Part shown: piece after piece, positions 18,823 through 27,896 of the stretch
How positions within the stretch are numbered: position 1 is the first letter of the stretch
How the letters are laid out: every line of letters starts with the position of its first letter
Made by a program: the position numbers and the translations under genes
Notes under the pieces: model-generated
The model's input: only the letters and a program-made list of their open reading frames with translations
Databases searched by the model: none
What the model was told of the DNA's origin: nothing
Assembly (NCBI RefSeq): GCF_900079115.1
Contig: NZ_LT549890.1
Span: 1,830,001 to 1,862,000 of the forward strand
Length of the DNA: 32,000 nucleotides
Source of the DNA: Saccharolobus solfataricus
GTDB taxonomy: Archaea; Thermoproteota; Thermoprotei_A; Sulfolobales; Sulfolobaceae
Direction of reading: 5' to 3'

Positions 18823-19299
18823 ATGCCAAGAGAGTTAACCCCCATTGAGCAGTTACAATTACTTTTACCAGGTTATAGGGGGTATAAAGCAAAAGATCTA
18901 ATTAGACAAGACGATTTCCTAGTTAGAAGAGCAGTTATTGATAGATTAGAACAAACGATAAGGATAATCTCAGAAAAGGAAAGCTTTATTGCCTCAACCG
19001 ATCCATTTTCACCCCAACTTAAGGTAATGGAGTTCTTGATCTCTAAAATCAGGGAGTTAATAAACAATATAATGTCAAGTCAGGGTGGAGGTGCGGATAT
19101 TTACGCCAGGTGGAAAGTTACAACTGAGGAGTTGGATCAAATAGTTAATCACGATATGAAAATGATTGATATTGCTTCACAATTAGTGGAGCTTGCTAAG
19201 AATAATAGAATTGAAGAGTTCGAACCATTACTTAATGACCTAAGAGCAGTATTTTATGATAGAATGAAATTATTTTATCCTCCAGAACTTAGAAAATAG
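18823..19299 (+). CDS. Hypothetical all-helical protein (first gene of the SPFH cassette)
   Basis: 158 aa, predicted helical/coiled from heptad-like spacing, with no TM segment. It lies 43 nt upstream of the SPFH gene on the same strand. Confidence 0.55.
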   Translation: MPRELTPIEQLQLLLPGYRGYKAKDLIRQDDFLVRRAVIDRLEQTIRIISEKESFIASTDPFSPQLKVMEFLISKIRELINNIMSSQGGGADIYARWKVTTEELDQIVNHDMKMIDIASQLVELAKNNRIEEFEPLLNDLRAVFYDRMKLFYPPELRK

Positions 19300-19342
19300 T
19301 TACGAAAAAATTTAAATATCAACACTAGAATAATTCTAATAT

Positions 19343-20209
19343 ATGTCTTTAACCATTAGAGGTCAAGTTATTTCGACAGAAAAAGAAGATGGATCGAGTT
19401 TTATGACAGCTGATGCTATAATTTTCAAATACCCAAAGGAGGCAATTACTTCGAAATCACTTATAATAGTACAACCCACAGAGAGAGCCATAGTTTTAAT
19501 ACAAGGACAAATTGTTGCAGATTTACCTCCCGGTAGTCATAATATTCAAACTCCAGGGAATCCGGTTTCAGCTTTTCTATCTAAGTTTAGGTATAACACG
19601 TTACCATATGATACTGTAGTTTATTTCATCTCGACCACCAGACATGAGGTTAGAGTAGCGGGTGTTAGCCAGACAGATGACCTAGTACCCTTAGAGTATG
19701 AGACCGCAATATACTTTAGAGTTCAAAACCCTGCAGCCTTAGTCACAAATGTCCAGTTCGGTTCCCTATATTTCAAAGACGCAGATCTAGCTCATTATAT
19801 TTCACCAATTGTAGATCAAGAAGTTAGTTCAGTACTTAATCGTGTAAATCTAACTGATGTTTTCAAGAAGTTCTCTGAAATTTCTACTGCAGTTACGGCA
19901 GCGTTAAAGCAATTCCTAGCAGAAATAGGTGTAGACCTAATATCTGTAAGAATAACTAGACTTCTGCCTCAAGATCCAGAGCTGAGAAGAATAATACAAT
20001 TAAGGGATATGGGAATACCATTAATGGATGCAGTTCGAATGGGTTTGGCTAGAATATTAGCTGAACAGCAGAACGCAGCAGCAGTCAATATGGCAATCGG
20101 AGTGCCGTATTATCCAAACCTATCAACAATAGTTAATCTACCAGATGGCCTAATAAGAGTAGGTATAGGTAGAAGGGGGCAACAACAGAGTGGTGGAGCA
20201 CAACAGTAG
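19343..20209 (+). CDS. SPFH/Band-7 superfamily protein (Band_7_1-like subgroup) with a Gln/Gly-rich tail
   Basis: The N-terminal IFKYPKEAITSKSLIIVQPTERAIVLIQGQIV beta-region is followed by alpha/beta SPFH-like blocks. The C-terminus is GRRGQQQSGGAQQ. The assignment is by motif recognition only. Confidence 0.6.
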   Translation: MSLTIRGQVISTEKEDGSSFMTADAIIFKYPKEAITSKSLIIVQPTERAIVLIQGQIVADLPPGSHNIQTPGNPVSAFLSKFRYNTLPYDTVVYFISTTRHEVRVAGVSQTDDLVPLEYETAIYFRVQNPAALVTNVQFGSLYFKDADLAHYISPIVDQEVSSVLNRVNLTDVFKKFSEISTAVTAALKQFLAEIGVDLISVRITRLLPQDPELRRIIQLRDMGIPLMDAVRMGLARILAEQQNAAAVNMAIGVPYYPNLSTIVNLPDGLIRVGIGRRGQQQSGGAQQ

Positions 20210-20606
20210 AATTTTAGGTTATAATATTGCCACGTCAATTGGGTATTCTTTTATCCTAACTATAATTATGGCCATAGTATCGTTAATAGTTAAGGCATTT
20301 TATCCTCCAAGTACCTTTGATATTTCACCAATTGAAGCCATGATTCACTCCCCTGCGGAAGGAATAGTGCAGATTTTAATATTGGTAATATTAGTAGTAT
20401 TTGTCTTCCCTACGAGAACAAATCTTGAAAAGTCGTCTTTAATTCAAGTTAGAAAGATAGCGTTAATCACTGCATCATCTTATTTGGTATTTTCCTTATT
20501 GCCATATGCCTTCCAAGTGTCTTATCCTCAAACGTACTTAGGATTAACGATAGCTTATAATTTATTAAACGGTACATTTGCTGGATTTATAAGTACCATC
20601 GTATGA
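20190..20606 (+). CDS. Small 4-TM membrane protein (third gene of the SPFH cassette)
   Basis: It has four hydrophobic segments. The GTG start overlaps the SPFH gene by 20 nt; an alternative ATG lies near 20268. Confidence 0.5.
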   Translation: MVEHNSRILGYNIATSIGYSFILTIIMAIVSLIVKAFYPPSTFDISPIEAMIHSPAEGIVQILILVILVVFVFPTRTNLEKSSLIQVRKIALITASSYLVFSLLPYAFQVSYPQTYLGLTIAYNLLNGTFAGFISTIV

Positions 20607-20999
20607 ATGCTAGTTTTCTCGTTATAGAGGAATAATCCCTATTCTTGTTAATCAATATTTAGGAGTCTACTCTATTATATTATGTTTATGAAATAAATTG
20701 AAGAGATCAACAAAGTACCTTGTTGGTTGTTCTCTTATTCAAGTACTTCACGGGTTTGAACCTCGGTACCAAGAAAATTGCTAGGTTGATAAAAAGTACT
20801 TATCAGACTTCTGAAGGGATAAAGAAATTGTTTATGCGGAGGAGAAAAACATACACTGCTAAACGGTATTTAAAAGCTCCTCAGAGTGAGATTAATGGCA
20901 AAACTTTTATTTTATTAAAAATAATTTTATAATTTGGAAAGATTTTCTATTTTGTTAGAAATATTTCTATAATTTAGTTTTTTATATAACCATAAAGAA

Positions 21000-21773
21000 T
21001 TAACTGAGTAGAGCAACCATCATCCCAAAATAACTTGGGACTTGATATTCCATCAACTTAACGCTATACTTATTATAACTACTCTCAAGAATTCCGAGCA
21101 TTATGAGCAATTGCCAATAGCTATCGGGCTTCGCCTCACTAATAACTTTATCATCAATCTTCATCAAATCCTCAAATCTTTCGCTCTTAAAAATATCTAC
21201 AATAGTGGAATCGTAAACCGCAGCGTATTCTGAATAACCATAAGGTCCCTTAGGATCGTGGGTATGAGCGTGATCCGCACTAACTATTACTCCAACCCTT
21301 TTTCTATGATCTCTTAAAACTTCACCAATTACTACTCCAAACTTCCTCAATATCTCCCTTTTAACTCCCCTAGCTGGAGTCAACAATACAATTCTCCTCC
21401 TTTTCAAGAAGTAAAGAGGAATCGATGACCCCCAATCTAGCGCGATCTTTGACTCCTTTCCTTCTAAAGCCCCGAAATTAACACCAACCACCGGTAGGCC
21501 ACTCCCTTTTGCCCTTTCATATATTTCGTAAGCCAATCCCCTATCACAAAGGTACTTTCTCTTGATTTTACCCCGCTTTCCTTCAGCGTATTGCGTTAAT
21601 ATTACCGCCATGTGATCGTCAATTCTTATATTATGGGGAGTAATTACGATGTACTTATCAGCCTTAACTAAACTTGCAGCTTCCCTCATTGCCTTATTTA
21701 ACAACGATGATTTTTCATCTTTTGGATCAATTATCTCATCTCCATGAGGTGCTACTAAAATAAAGCTTATCAC
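21000..21773 (-). CDS. Class III extradiol dioxygenase (LigB)/Memo-like family protein
   Basis: 257 aa with APHGDE near the N-terminus and a VSADHAHTH metal-binding-like block. The family call is tentative. Confidence 0.5.
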   Translation of the reverse strand: MISFILVAPHGDEIIDPKDEKSSLLNKAMREAASLVKADKYIVITPHNIRIDDHMAVILTQYAEGKRGKIKRKYLCDRGLAYEIYERAKGSGLPVVGVNFGALEGKESKIALDWGSSIPLYFLKRRRIVLLTPARGVKREILRKFGVVIGEVLRDHRKRVGVIVSADHAHTHDPKGPYGYSEYAAVYDSTIVDIFKSERFEDLMKIDDKVISEAKPDSYWQLLIMLGILESSYNKYSVKLMEYQVPSYFGMMVALLS

Positions 21774-21896
21774 ATTTAACTCTTGCTATTTCAAACTTTA
21801 AGTTTTGTACTGTGTATCGCATTTCAACAAGATCTCGTTAACTTACTGTAGTATAATATGGTAAGTTTATAAAGAGTTACTGTAGCATAGTACATA

Positions 21897-21977
21897 ATGA
21901 ATGTTGAGGAATTAAAGAGAGTTATTGTTAATCAAAGGGAAATTATAGAGGAGAAGAGGAATTTAATTTCACCTTAG
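21897..21977 (+). pseudogene. 26-codon N-terminal relic of a DUF4143-type AAA+ ATPase
   Basis: MNVEELKRVIVNQREIIEEKRNLISP then stop. It resembles the usual N-terminus of the Sulfolobus ATPase paralogue family. A tttataaa TATA-like box lies ~28 nt upstream. Confidence 0.4.
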
Positions 21978-22028
21978 GTCGTTACACGATATAAAGGTGA
22001 GATTACTTTCTTACTCTTGTCTATCTAA

Positions 22029-22454
22029 TCAGCTCAATAAAAACTTGTACAAGGGGACGAGTTTTATCTTCTTACCCTCCCTTTCCTCTTCACCCTCAAT
22101 ATCGTAAGTGATCATTATTAACTCCTTAGTTCTTAACATTTCCTCAGCCTTTAGAAGAGATCTTATCTCCCTCTCTTCGATCTTATCTGAAGCGTAAGTC
22201 ACTTGCAGCAGACGTGAGTTAACCTCATCATAAAAATCTATTTCGAAGTCCTTACCTTTAACGTAATATAGCCCTTTTAATTGGTTATCTCTTAACAGCT
22301 TTAAAGCAACTAAATTCTCCATAACCCTCCCCCTATCCTTAGCCCTCAGAGCTACTCTCGAAATTATGCCTTGGTCTACTACATATACTTTCTTATTAAA
22401 CGTCAGCCTCTCCCTAGGCTTTTCACCGTACCTAGGCCTAAATGCCGTTGTCAA
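22029..22454 (-). pseudogene. C-terminal (DUF4143-like) fragment of an AAA+ ATPase
   Basis: It encodes ENLVALKLLRDNQ...LYYVKGKDFEIDFY...LQVTY, which lacks a Walker A/B domain, so only the C-terminal third of the usual ~400 aa protein remains. It lies on the opposite strand to the N-terminal relic. Confidence 0.55.
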
Positions 22455-22740
22455 TAGTTTCCGATAACCGTAAAGTTTATGTTATTTGATATCATTTAGC
22501 ATTCCTAACTATCTTTTCACGAAGTTTATAAACTTTTATGTTAACGTTAGAATAGAGAGCACCACCATGAACTCTATGAGCAATGTGAGAGGGAGGAAGA
22601 TGCTCAATGAAACCCCCATGTCCTCGAAGGGAGTGGTTTGACTACCGCTCCCGTAGACGGCACGGGGAGGGAAATAAGGGCTGAATCCTTTCTCACGTTA
22701 ATAGAAATCTTTTTATATTTATTTATTATCAACTAATCTT

Positions 22741-23099
22741 GTGGAGAGACTACTGAGGCCTAAGGAGGCTTGCCAACTGCTCAGCATTTCATACTCAACA
22801 CTCCTACGGTGGATTAGAGAAGGAAAAATAAAGGTGGTAACGACTGAAGGAGGGAAGTATAGGATACCTTACAGCGAGATAAAGAAGTACTTAGAGAAGA
22901 GGGAAGAGACGAGGGCTGTAATTTATGCAAGAGTTTCGTCAGCAGACCAGAGAGAAGACTTGGAAAGACAAATAAACTACCTAACGAACTACGCAACGGC
23001 AAAGGGTTACAAGGTAGTTGAAGTACTGAAAGATATTGCAAGCGGGTTAAACACACAAAGGAAAGGATTGCTTAAGTTATTCAAACTTGTTGAGGGGAG
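22741..23099 (+). pseudogene. tnpA: IS607-type serine recombinase TnpA, N-terminal part (disrupted by ISC1190 copy B)
   Basis: GTG start, MerR/excisionase-type HTH (LRPKEACQLLSISYSTLLRWIREGKI) and the catalytic Ser context AVIYARVSSADQ. The frame is broken at 23099/23100. Confidence 0.85.
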
Positions 23100-23172
23100 C
23101 TTCCGGTATAAAAACCTTTCCATGAAAAATCGAGCATAGTCCACACTACTTACGCAAGTGATGAAACCTGCT

Positions 23173-24123
23173 TTACTCACTAGCATCAAAGGGCTTATTA
23201 TAATACAGCACAGCCCAAGTAATAACAGCCAATTTCCTTGCACAAGCAGTAATCAACTTCTTACCCTTTAACCTACCCTTGTGCTCCTCATAAAAACGCT
23301 TGATAACAGGATTAACCTTGATGGCAGTCAAAGCTGCAAGATAGAAAGCCCTCCTCAAAACAGCGTCACCTTTTTTAGAAATACCTCTCGATACAACACT
23401 CTTACCACTAGACTCAACAACTGGGTCAAGACCACAATAAGCAACAAACCTCTTCTTATCACTAAAGCGCTTAACATCACCAACCCTAGCCAAAATAATA
23501 CAACCCAAGGTTTTACCAATACCAGGAATAGTGAAAATCAAACTATCCTTGGAAACAAAATCCTCAAGCTCCTTCTCAATCTCCCTCTTCCTACCCTCAA
23601 GCCTCTCAAGCTCCTCCAAAAGAAACCTAACCTCAGCCAAGACAATACTATCCCCACCCCTCAAAACCTCCTCCAAATTTTTCTTAGACAAACTATCCCT
23701 ATAGCCTAAAAGTACCAAATCCCTCCTCAACCTATTCTTAACCCTAGCAATACTCCTAGTAACAAAATCCCACTGGCTAGTCAACTCCCTAGCATCACTT
23801 GTTGTAAACCCACTACACATACTTACAACTAATTCCGCAAGCTTTTTAGCATCATTCTTATCACTCTTCTTACCCCTAAAATCCTTGAACTTCTTGAGAA
23901 TAAAGGGATTAATGATCCTAACATCATACTCATTATTCAAGTACTTTGCTAGGTTAACGTGGTAAACTCCAGTACTCTCAATACCCACTTTGCAACCCTT
24001 AGGTAAGATCTTCCTTATCTCCTCATAACCTCGCTTATCATTAGTAAACTCGTAGAGTTTACCTTGAAAATACACGATTAATTTATCTTTTGATACATCT
24101 ATTCCTGCAACTGGGGCCTCCAA
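23173..24123 (-). CDS. IS110-family DEDD recombinase/transposase (ISC1190)
   Basis: 316 aa, differing from copy A at about 8 residues (e.g. LNNEYD vs LMGEYD, LEGRK vs LKTRK). Confidence 0.9.
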   Translation of the reverse strand: MEAPVAGIDVSKDKLIVYFQGKLYEFTNDKRGYEEIRKILPKGCKVGIESTGVYHVNLAKYLNNEYDVRIINPFILKKFKDFRGKKSDKNDAKKLAELVVSMCSGFTTSDARELTSQWDFVTRSIARVKNRLRRDLVLLGYRDSLSKKNLEEVLRGGDSIVLAEVRFLLEELERLEGRKREIEKELEDFVSKDSLIFTIPGIGKTLGCIILARVGDVKRFSDKKRFVAYCGLDPVVESSGKSVVSRGISKKGDAVLRRAFYLAALTAIKVNPVIKRFYEEHKGRLKGKKLITACARKLAVITWAVLYYNKPFDASE

Positions 24124-24284
24124 TTGTACTCACCCTTATGTTTTATTCGGGCTTTTTGCCCAACTTCCGGTCCGAATTGGAGGAGGCCAAGCTCCCCGTC
24201 GAGCTTTAGGCCCAGAGGAGTCAACGGCCTACACCCCAGTCAGATCTGTATTACACAGATCTGACTAATATGTTTTATATAAGG
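24124..24284 (-). ncRNA. Candidate bridge RNA in the ISC1190 left end (copy B)
   Basis: This is the same structured leader as in copies A and C. Confidence 0.4.
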
Positions 24285-24286
24285 AG

Positions 24287-24566
24287 TGTCGACATCGTAT
24301 TAATAACATACAAAGATAGGTTAACAAGGTTCGGTTTCGAGTACATTGAGGAGTTCTTCTCAACCATGGGAGTTAAGATTGAAGTAGTTTTCGGTGAGGA
24401 GCCCAAAGATGACGCACAAGAGCTAGTTGAGGACTTAATCTCAATCATTACCTCATTCGCTGGGAAAATTTACGGAATGAGGAGTCACAAGAAAACACTC
24501 CTAGTTCAAGGTGTAAAAAAGTTAATAGGTGAGTTAAGTGGAGAGGACAGTGAAGTTAAGGGTTAA
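24287..24566 (+). pseudogene. tnpA: IS607-type serine recombinase TnpA, C-terminal part
   Basis: VDIVLITYKDRLTRFGFEYIEEFF... is the conserved resolvase-domain continuation. It is in frame with 22741..23099 once the IS is removed. Confidence 0.85.
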
Positions 24567-25770
24567 GGTTGATTATTCTACATACTCAGCACTTAAGGAG
24601 GTCGAGAAGGAGTACAGAGAGGTTCTAGAGGACGCAATAAATTATGGGCTGTCAAACAAAACTACCTCCTTCACCAGGATTAAAGCTGGAGTTTACAAGA
24701 CTGAGAGGGAGAAACATAAGGACTTACCCTCCCATTATATTTACACAGCTTGTGAGGATGCAAGCGAGAGATTAGACAGTTTTGAGAAGTTAAAGAAGAG
24801 AGGTAGGAGTTACACTGAGAAACCGTCAGTGAGGAGAGTTACTATTCACCTCGACGATCATCTGTGGAAGTTCAACCTCGACACGATTTCAATTTCCACA
24901 AAGAGGAGTAGGATTCTCATTTCACCAACCTTCCCTAAGATCTTCTGGAGATATTATAACACGGAGTGGAGGATTGCGAGTGAGGCCAGGTTTAGGCTGA
25001 TGAAGGGGAATGTTGTAGAGTTCTACGTCATTTTTAAGAGAGATGAGCCTAAACCTTATGAACCTAAAGCGTTTATTCCCGTCGACCTTAACGAGAATTC
25101 GGTCTCGGTGCTCATCAACAGTAAACCCTTATTGCTTGAGACTAACACTAAGAAAATTACTCTGGGCTATGAGTATAGGAGGAAGGCAATAACTACTGGT
25201 AAGTCAACTAAGGATAGGGAAGTGAGGAGGAAGTTAAAGAGGCTGAGGGAGAGGAATAAGAAAGTAGACATTAGGAGGAAATTAGCTAAGCTAATCGTTA
25301 AAGAGGCTTTTGAAAGTAGGAGTGCAATTGTCTTGGAGGACTTGCCAAGGAGAACTCCGGAGCATATGATAAAGGACGTGAAGGATAAACAGCTTAGGTT
25401 GAGGATTTATAGATCTGCATTTTCCTCAATGAAGAACGCTATTATTGAGAAGGCTAGGGAGTTTGGTGTCCCCGTGGTCTTAGTTAACCCATCTTATACT
25501 TCCACTGTTTGCCCAATTCATGGGGCGAATATCGTTTACCAACTCGATGGGGGCGATGCCCCAAGGGTTGGTGTTTGTGAGAAGGGGAAGGAAAAGTGGC
25601 ATAGGGATGTAGTTGCACTGTACAACTTAGCGAGGAGAGCTGGAGATGTGAGCCCCGTGCCGTTGGGCTCGAAGGAGTCCCATGACCCACCTACCTTAAG
25701 TGGGTGGTTGAGGGCTAAGTCCCTACACTCGATCATGAATGAACATAAAATGATTGAAATGAAAGTGTAG
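24538..25770 (+). CDS. tnpB: TnpB (IS200/605/607 OrfB, RuvC-like RNA-guided nuclease family)
   Basis: 410 aa. The RuvC triad contexts are IPVDLNENS, IVLEDL and HRDVVALYNLA. The zinc-ribbon region is degenerate (CPIH...VCEKG instead of CxxC...CxxC). The GTG start overlaps tnpA by 29 nt. Confidence 0.85.
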   Translation: MERTVKLRVKVDYSTYSALKEVEKEYREVLEDAINYGLSNKTTSFTRIKAGVYKTEREKHKDLPSHYIYTACEDASERLDSFEKLKKRGRSYTEKPSVRRVTIHLDDHLWKFNLDTISISTKRSRILISPTFPKIFWRYYNTEWRIASEARFRLMKGNVVEFYVIFKRDEPKPYEPKAFIPVDLNENSVSVLINSKPLLLETNTKKITLGYEYRRKAITTGKSTKDREVRRKLKRLRERNKKVDIRRKLAKLIVKEAFESRSAIVLEDLPRRTPEHMIKDVKDKQLRLRIYRSAFSSMKNAIIEKAREFGVPVVLVNPSYTSTVCPIHGANIVYQLDGGDAPRVGVCEKGKEKWHRDVVALYNLARRAGDVSPVPLGSKESHDPPTLSGWLRAKSLHSIMNEHKMIEMKV

Positions 25771-25917
25771 GGACAAACGGTGTGAGGACGAGGGTTAATA
25801 CGAAATACTATGAAACCCTATGAAAGTCCGACCCCTATCAAAAACCCTTCTCCTTTTTTATCCCTATCTCATAACTCGATTATGCAGGGACAAATTGAGA
25901 AGGTTAGTGAATTTCAT

Positions 25918-26304
25918 TTAAATCCATATTCTCTTTATTTCTGCAACTTTATCTAACTCCTTATCTTCACTTAAGATCACGTTTATTGAATTGTTTAACA
26001 TTACGGCAATATGAAAGGCATCAGATGGCTTAACTGAGTATTTTCTCATAATTTCTTTAGCCCTCTCATATTCCTTTATCGTGATTGGTAAAACTGTTAA
26101 GTACTTGAGCACTATTTCATCCAAGAATTCTATGGTATCGCAATACTTAACTCCATACTTCTTCTTAGACACGTATATTACCTCATCTATAACTAAAGGA
26201 TCTGAAAACAAGCTTTCATATGTGAGGAGTTTTATATAATACTCTTTTACCTCACTTACACCCGAGTTTAAGTAGATTAAGAAATTAGCATCAAGAAAAA
26301 TCAA
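25918..26304 (-). CDS. vapC: PIN-domain toxin VapC
   Basis: 128 aa starting MIFLDANFLIYL, with conserved acidic residues. It overlaps the upstream antitoxin gene by 14 nt. Confidence 0.8.
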   Translation of the reverse strand: MIFLDANFLIYLNSGVSEVKEYYIKLLTYESLFSDPLVIDEVIYVSKKKYGVKYCDTIEFLDEIVLKYLTVLPITIKEYERAKEIMRKYSVKPSDAFHIAVMLNNSINVILSEDKELDKVAEIKRIWI

Positions 26305-26566
26305 TCTTCAATTCCTCTTCAAGACTTATGTTCTCAAGTTCCCCAAGGCTTGCCCTTTTAGCATAAGATATCTTCCTCTCATGTTCTTCTAATTTTTTGA
26401 CAACTTCTCGTATGTTAACCTTCCTCTCAGGTTCTAAGATTATCTTATCTCCAACGACTGTCAAAATTAAGATATCCCCCTCTTTTATTCCCACCAAATC
26501 CCTTACACTTTTAGGAATTATTATATAACCCTTCTTTCCAACTTCCACTCTTAGAGTCAAACTCAT
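26291..26566 (-). CDS. vapB: AbrB/SpoVT-type antitoxin VapB
   Basis: VGKKGYIIIPKSVRDLVGIKEGDILIL is a swapped-hairpin (AbrB) motif. 91 aa, immediately upstream of the PIN gene. Confidence 0.8.
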   Translation of the reverse strand: MSLTLRVEVGKKGYIIIPKSVRDLVGIKEGDILILTVVGDKIILEPERKVNIREVVKKLEEHERKISYAKRASLGELENISLEEELKIDFS

Positions 26567-26936
26567 TCTACTATAGTTTAACTGGCTAAACTAATATTTA
26601 AAATTTAACGCTAATGAGCAACAACAAGTTTTATAATTTGTATAAATAATGTAGATTATGCTAAATTTTCAAAGAAAAATTTTATAAAAGAAGCTTTATA
26701 ATCCATTTTACTACACAATTCGATACATTTTTGGTCATGTCATTATATTCGACAATTGTCTAAAACTTTCGAAAAAGACTGAATTAGTAAGGATTAAAAA
26801 CGTTAATACTGAAGGTTAAATGGTTTTAAAGTATTGCTTTCCCTTCACCGAGAAATTCTTCAGTTATGTCAAACTTGCCTCATGGTTTAACTCTATTGTA
26901 AGTTAAACTTTAATAATCGTTAAATGAATATATCTC

Positions 26937-27173
26937 ATGGAGGTAAAAGTTCACAAGAAAGGGATTATAGTTATCCCCGCTGAGGTTAGAAGGAGGCTTA
27001 ATATTAAAGAGGGTTCTGTTATAGAGTTGGAAGTTGAGGGTGATAAGATTATTTTAAAACGTAAATTAACCCTCTTGGACGCTTACGGCATAGATAAAGA
27101 GATGGGAGATTCTGCTGTAAAGGAGTTGGAAAAGCTGAGGAAAGAGGAAGTTGAGAAGGAAAATTCTGTTTGA
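26937..27173 (+). CDS. vapB: AbrB/SpoVT-type antitoxin VapB
   Basis: VHKKGIIVIPAEVRRRLNIKEGSVIELEVEGDKIIL. 78 aa, overlapping the downstream PIN gene. Confidence 0.8.
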   Translation: MEVKVHKKGIIVIPAEVRRRLNIKEGSVIELEVEGDKIILKRKLTLLDAYGIDKEMGDSAVKELEKLRKEEVEKENSV

Positions 27174-27549
27174 CACCGGTTTTTTCCACGTATATTTTTC
27201 CGGGCTTAATGAAGAGGCTAAGAAAGCTGTGGAAGAAGTTTATACGGGTAAAAGTGTAGGTTATACTCTAGATCTTAATTTAGCGGAGTTCCTTTATACT
27301 TATGGCAAACTTAATGGGGTAGAAGAAGCTAATGTTAGACTCTCCTTAATTCTAAATTCACCAATAAAGATTGTTAGTACTAATAAGGAACTTGCTTTAA
27401 GGGCAGGTGAGCTCAAAGTTAAGTACCAAAACCTTTCCATAGTGGACTGTTTTCTAGTAGCCTTTGCTGAAAAAGAGAATACTGTAATATATACTACGGA
27501 CTCTGAGATTAAAAGAGTATATAAAAACACAATAATTCTACATAGTTGA
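27151..27549 (+). CDS. vapC: PIN-domain toxin VapC
   Basis: ILFDTGFF N-terminal motif, with IVDCFLVAFAEKE and IYTTDSE blocks. TTG start. Confidence 0.75.
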   Translation: MRRKILFDTGFFHVYFSGLNEEAKKAVEEVYTGKSVGYTLDLNLAEFLYTYGKLNGVEEANVRLSLILNSPIKIVSTNKELALRAGELKVKYQNLSIVDCFLVAFAEKENTVIYTTDSEIKRVYKNTIILHS

Positions 27550-27896
27550 GAAAATTATCCTGAGCGTAAATAATTGAATAAACCTATGTCCAAGTTTATA
27601 CAGTGTAATCAATAATTTCGTTCATTTGAAATTTGGTTAAAATTTCCTTAAAGTCGTATCATTTAAACTCTCTGATTTACAATAAAAATTTCGAACAAGG
27701 ATAAAATTACAATACTATATTTTATTAACTGATAAATCTTGTGTTGAATTGAAATCACACTTTATATAATTTATACTGAATTAACAAAATTGTTTTCCAC
27801 ACTCGGTCTTTAGGCTAATTGTGACAAATTCTACTAGTTAAAAGTTGCTCATATGTTCTCTCTGAGAAAAAATTGTAGTAACCTACAAAGTATAAA

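Larger units (their letters stand above)
23100..24286 (-). mobile_element. ISC1190-type (IS110 family) insertion sequence, copy B, 1187 bp including one CT core
   Basis: It is near-identical to copies A and C. Precise removal restores LFKLVEGSVDIVLITYKDRLTRFG in the recombinase. Confidence 0.9.
22700..25860 (+). mobile_element. IS607-type element (serine recombinase plus TnpB; ISC1904/ISC1913-like) carrying a nested ISC1190; ends approximate
   Basis: The gene pair is a MerR-HTH serine recombinase followed by an overlapping tnpB. The length without the 1187-bp nested IS is ~1.9-2.0 kb. The exact termini were not determined. Confidence 0.6.

Noticed and set aside
20720-20932. 70-aa basic ORF in the long AT-rich spacer (TTG start)
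   Set aside because: It has no recognisable domain and a weak start context. It could be a relic of an IS-encoded HTH protein, but I cannot support that. It is left unannotated.
23007-23243. ORFs spanning the IS/flank junctions (23007..23243 minus, 29593..29835 plus, 28573..28767 minus)
   Set aside because: They cross ISC1190 boundaries into unrelated flanking DNA, so they are chimeric reading frames created by insertion. The shared MQGNWLLLLGLCCIIISPLMLVSKAGFITCVSSVDYARF part is simply antisense or out-of-frame IS end sequence.
25484-25736. Antisense ORFs 25484..25690 and 25536..25736
   Set aside because: They lie opposite the 3' end of tnpB in a GC-richer segment, with no motifs. The region is better explained by tnpB and its presumed 3' RNA.
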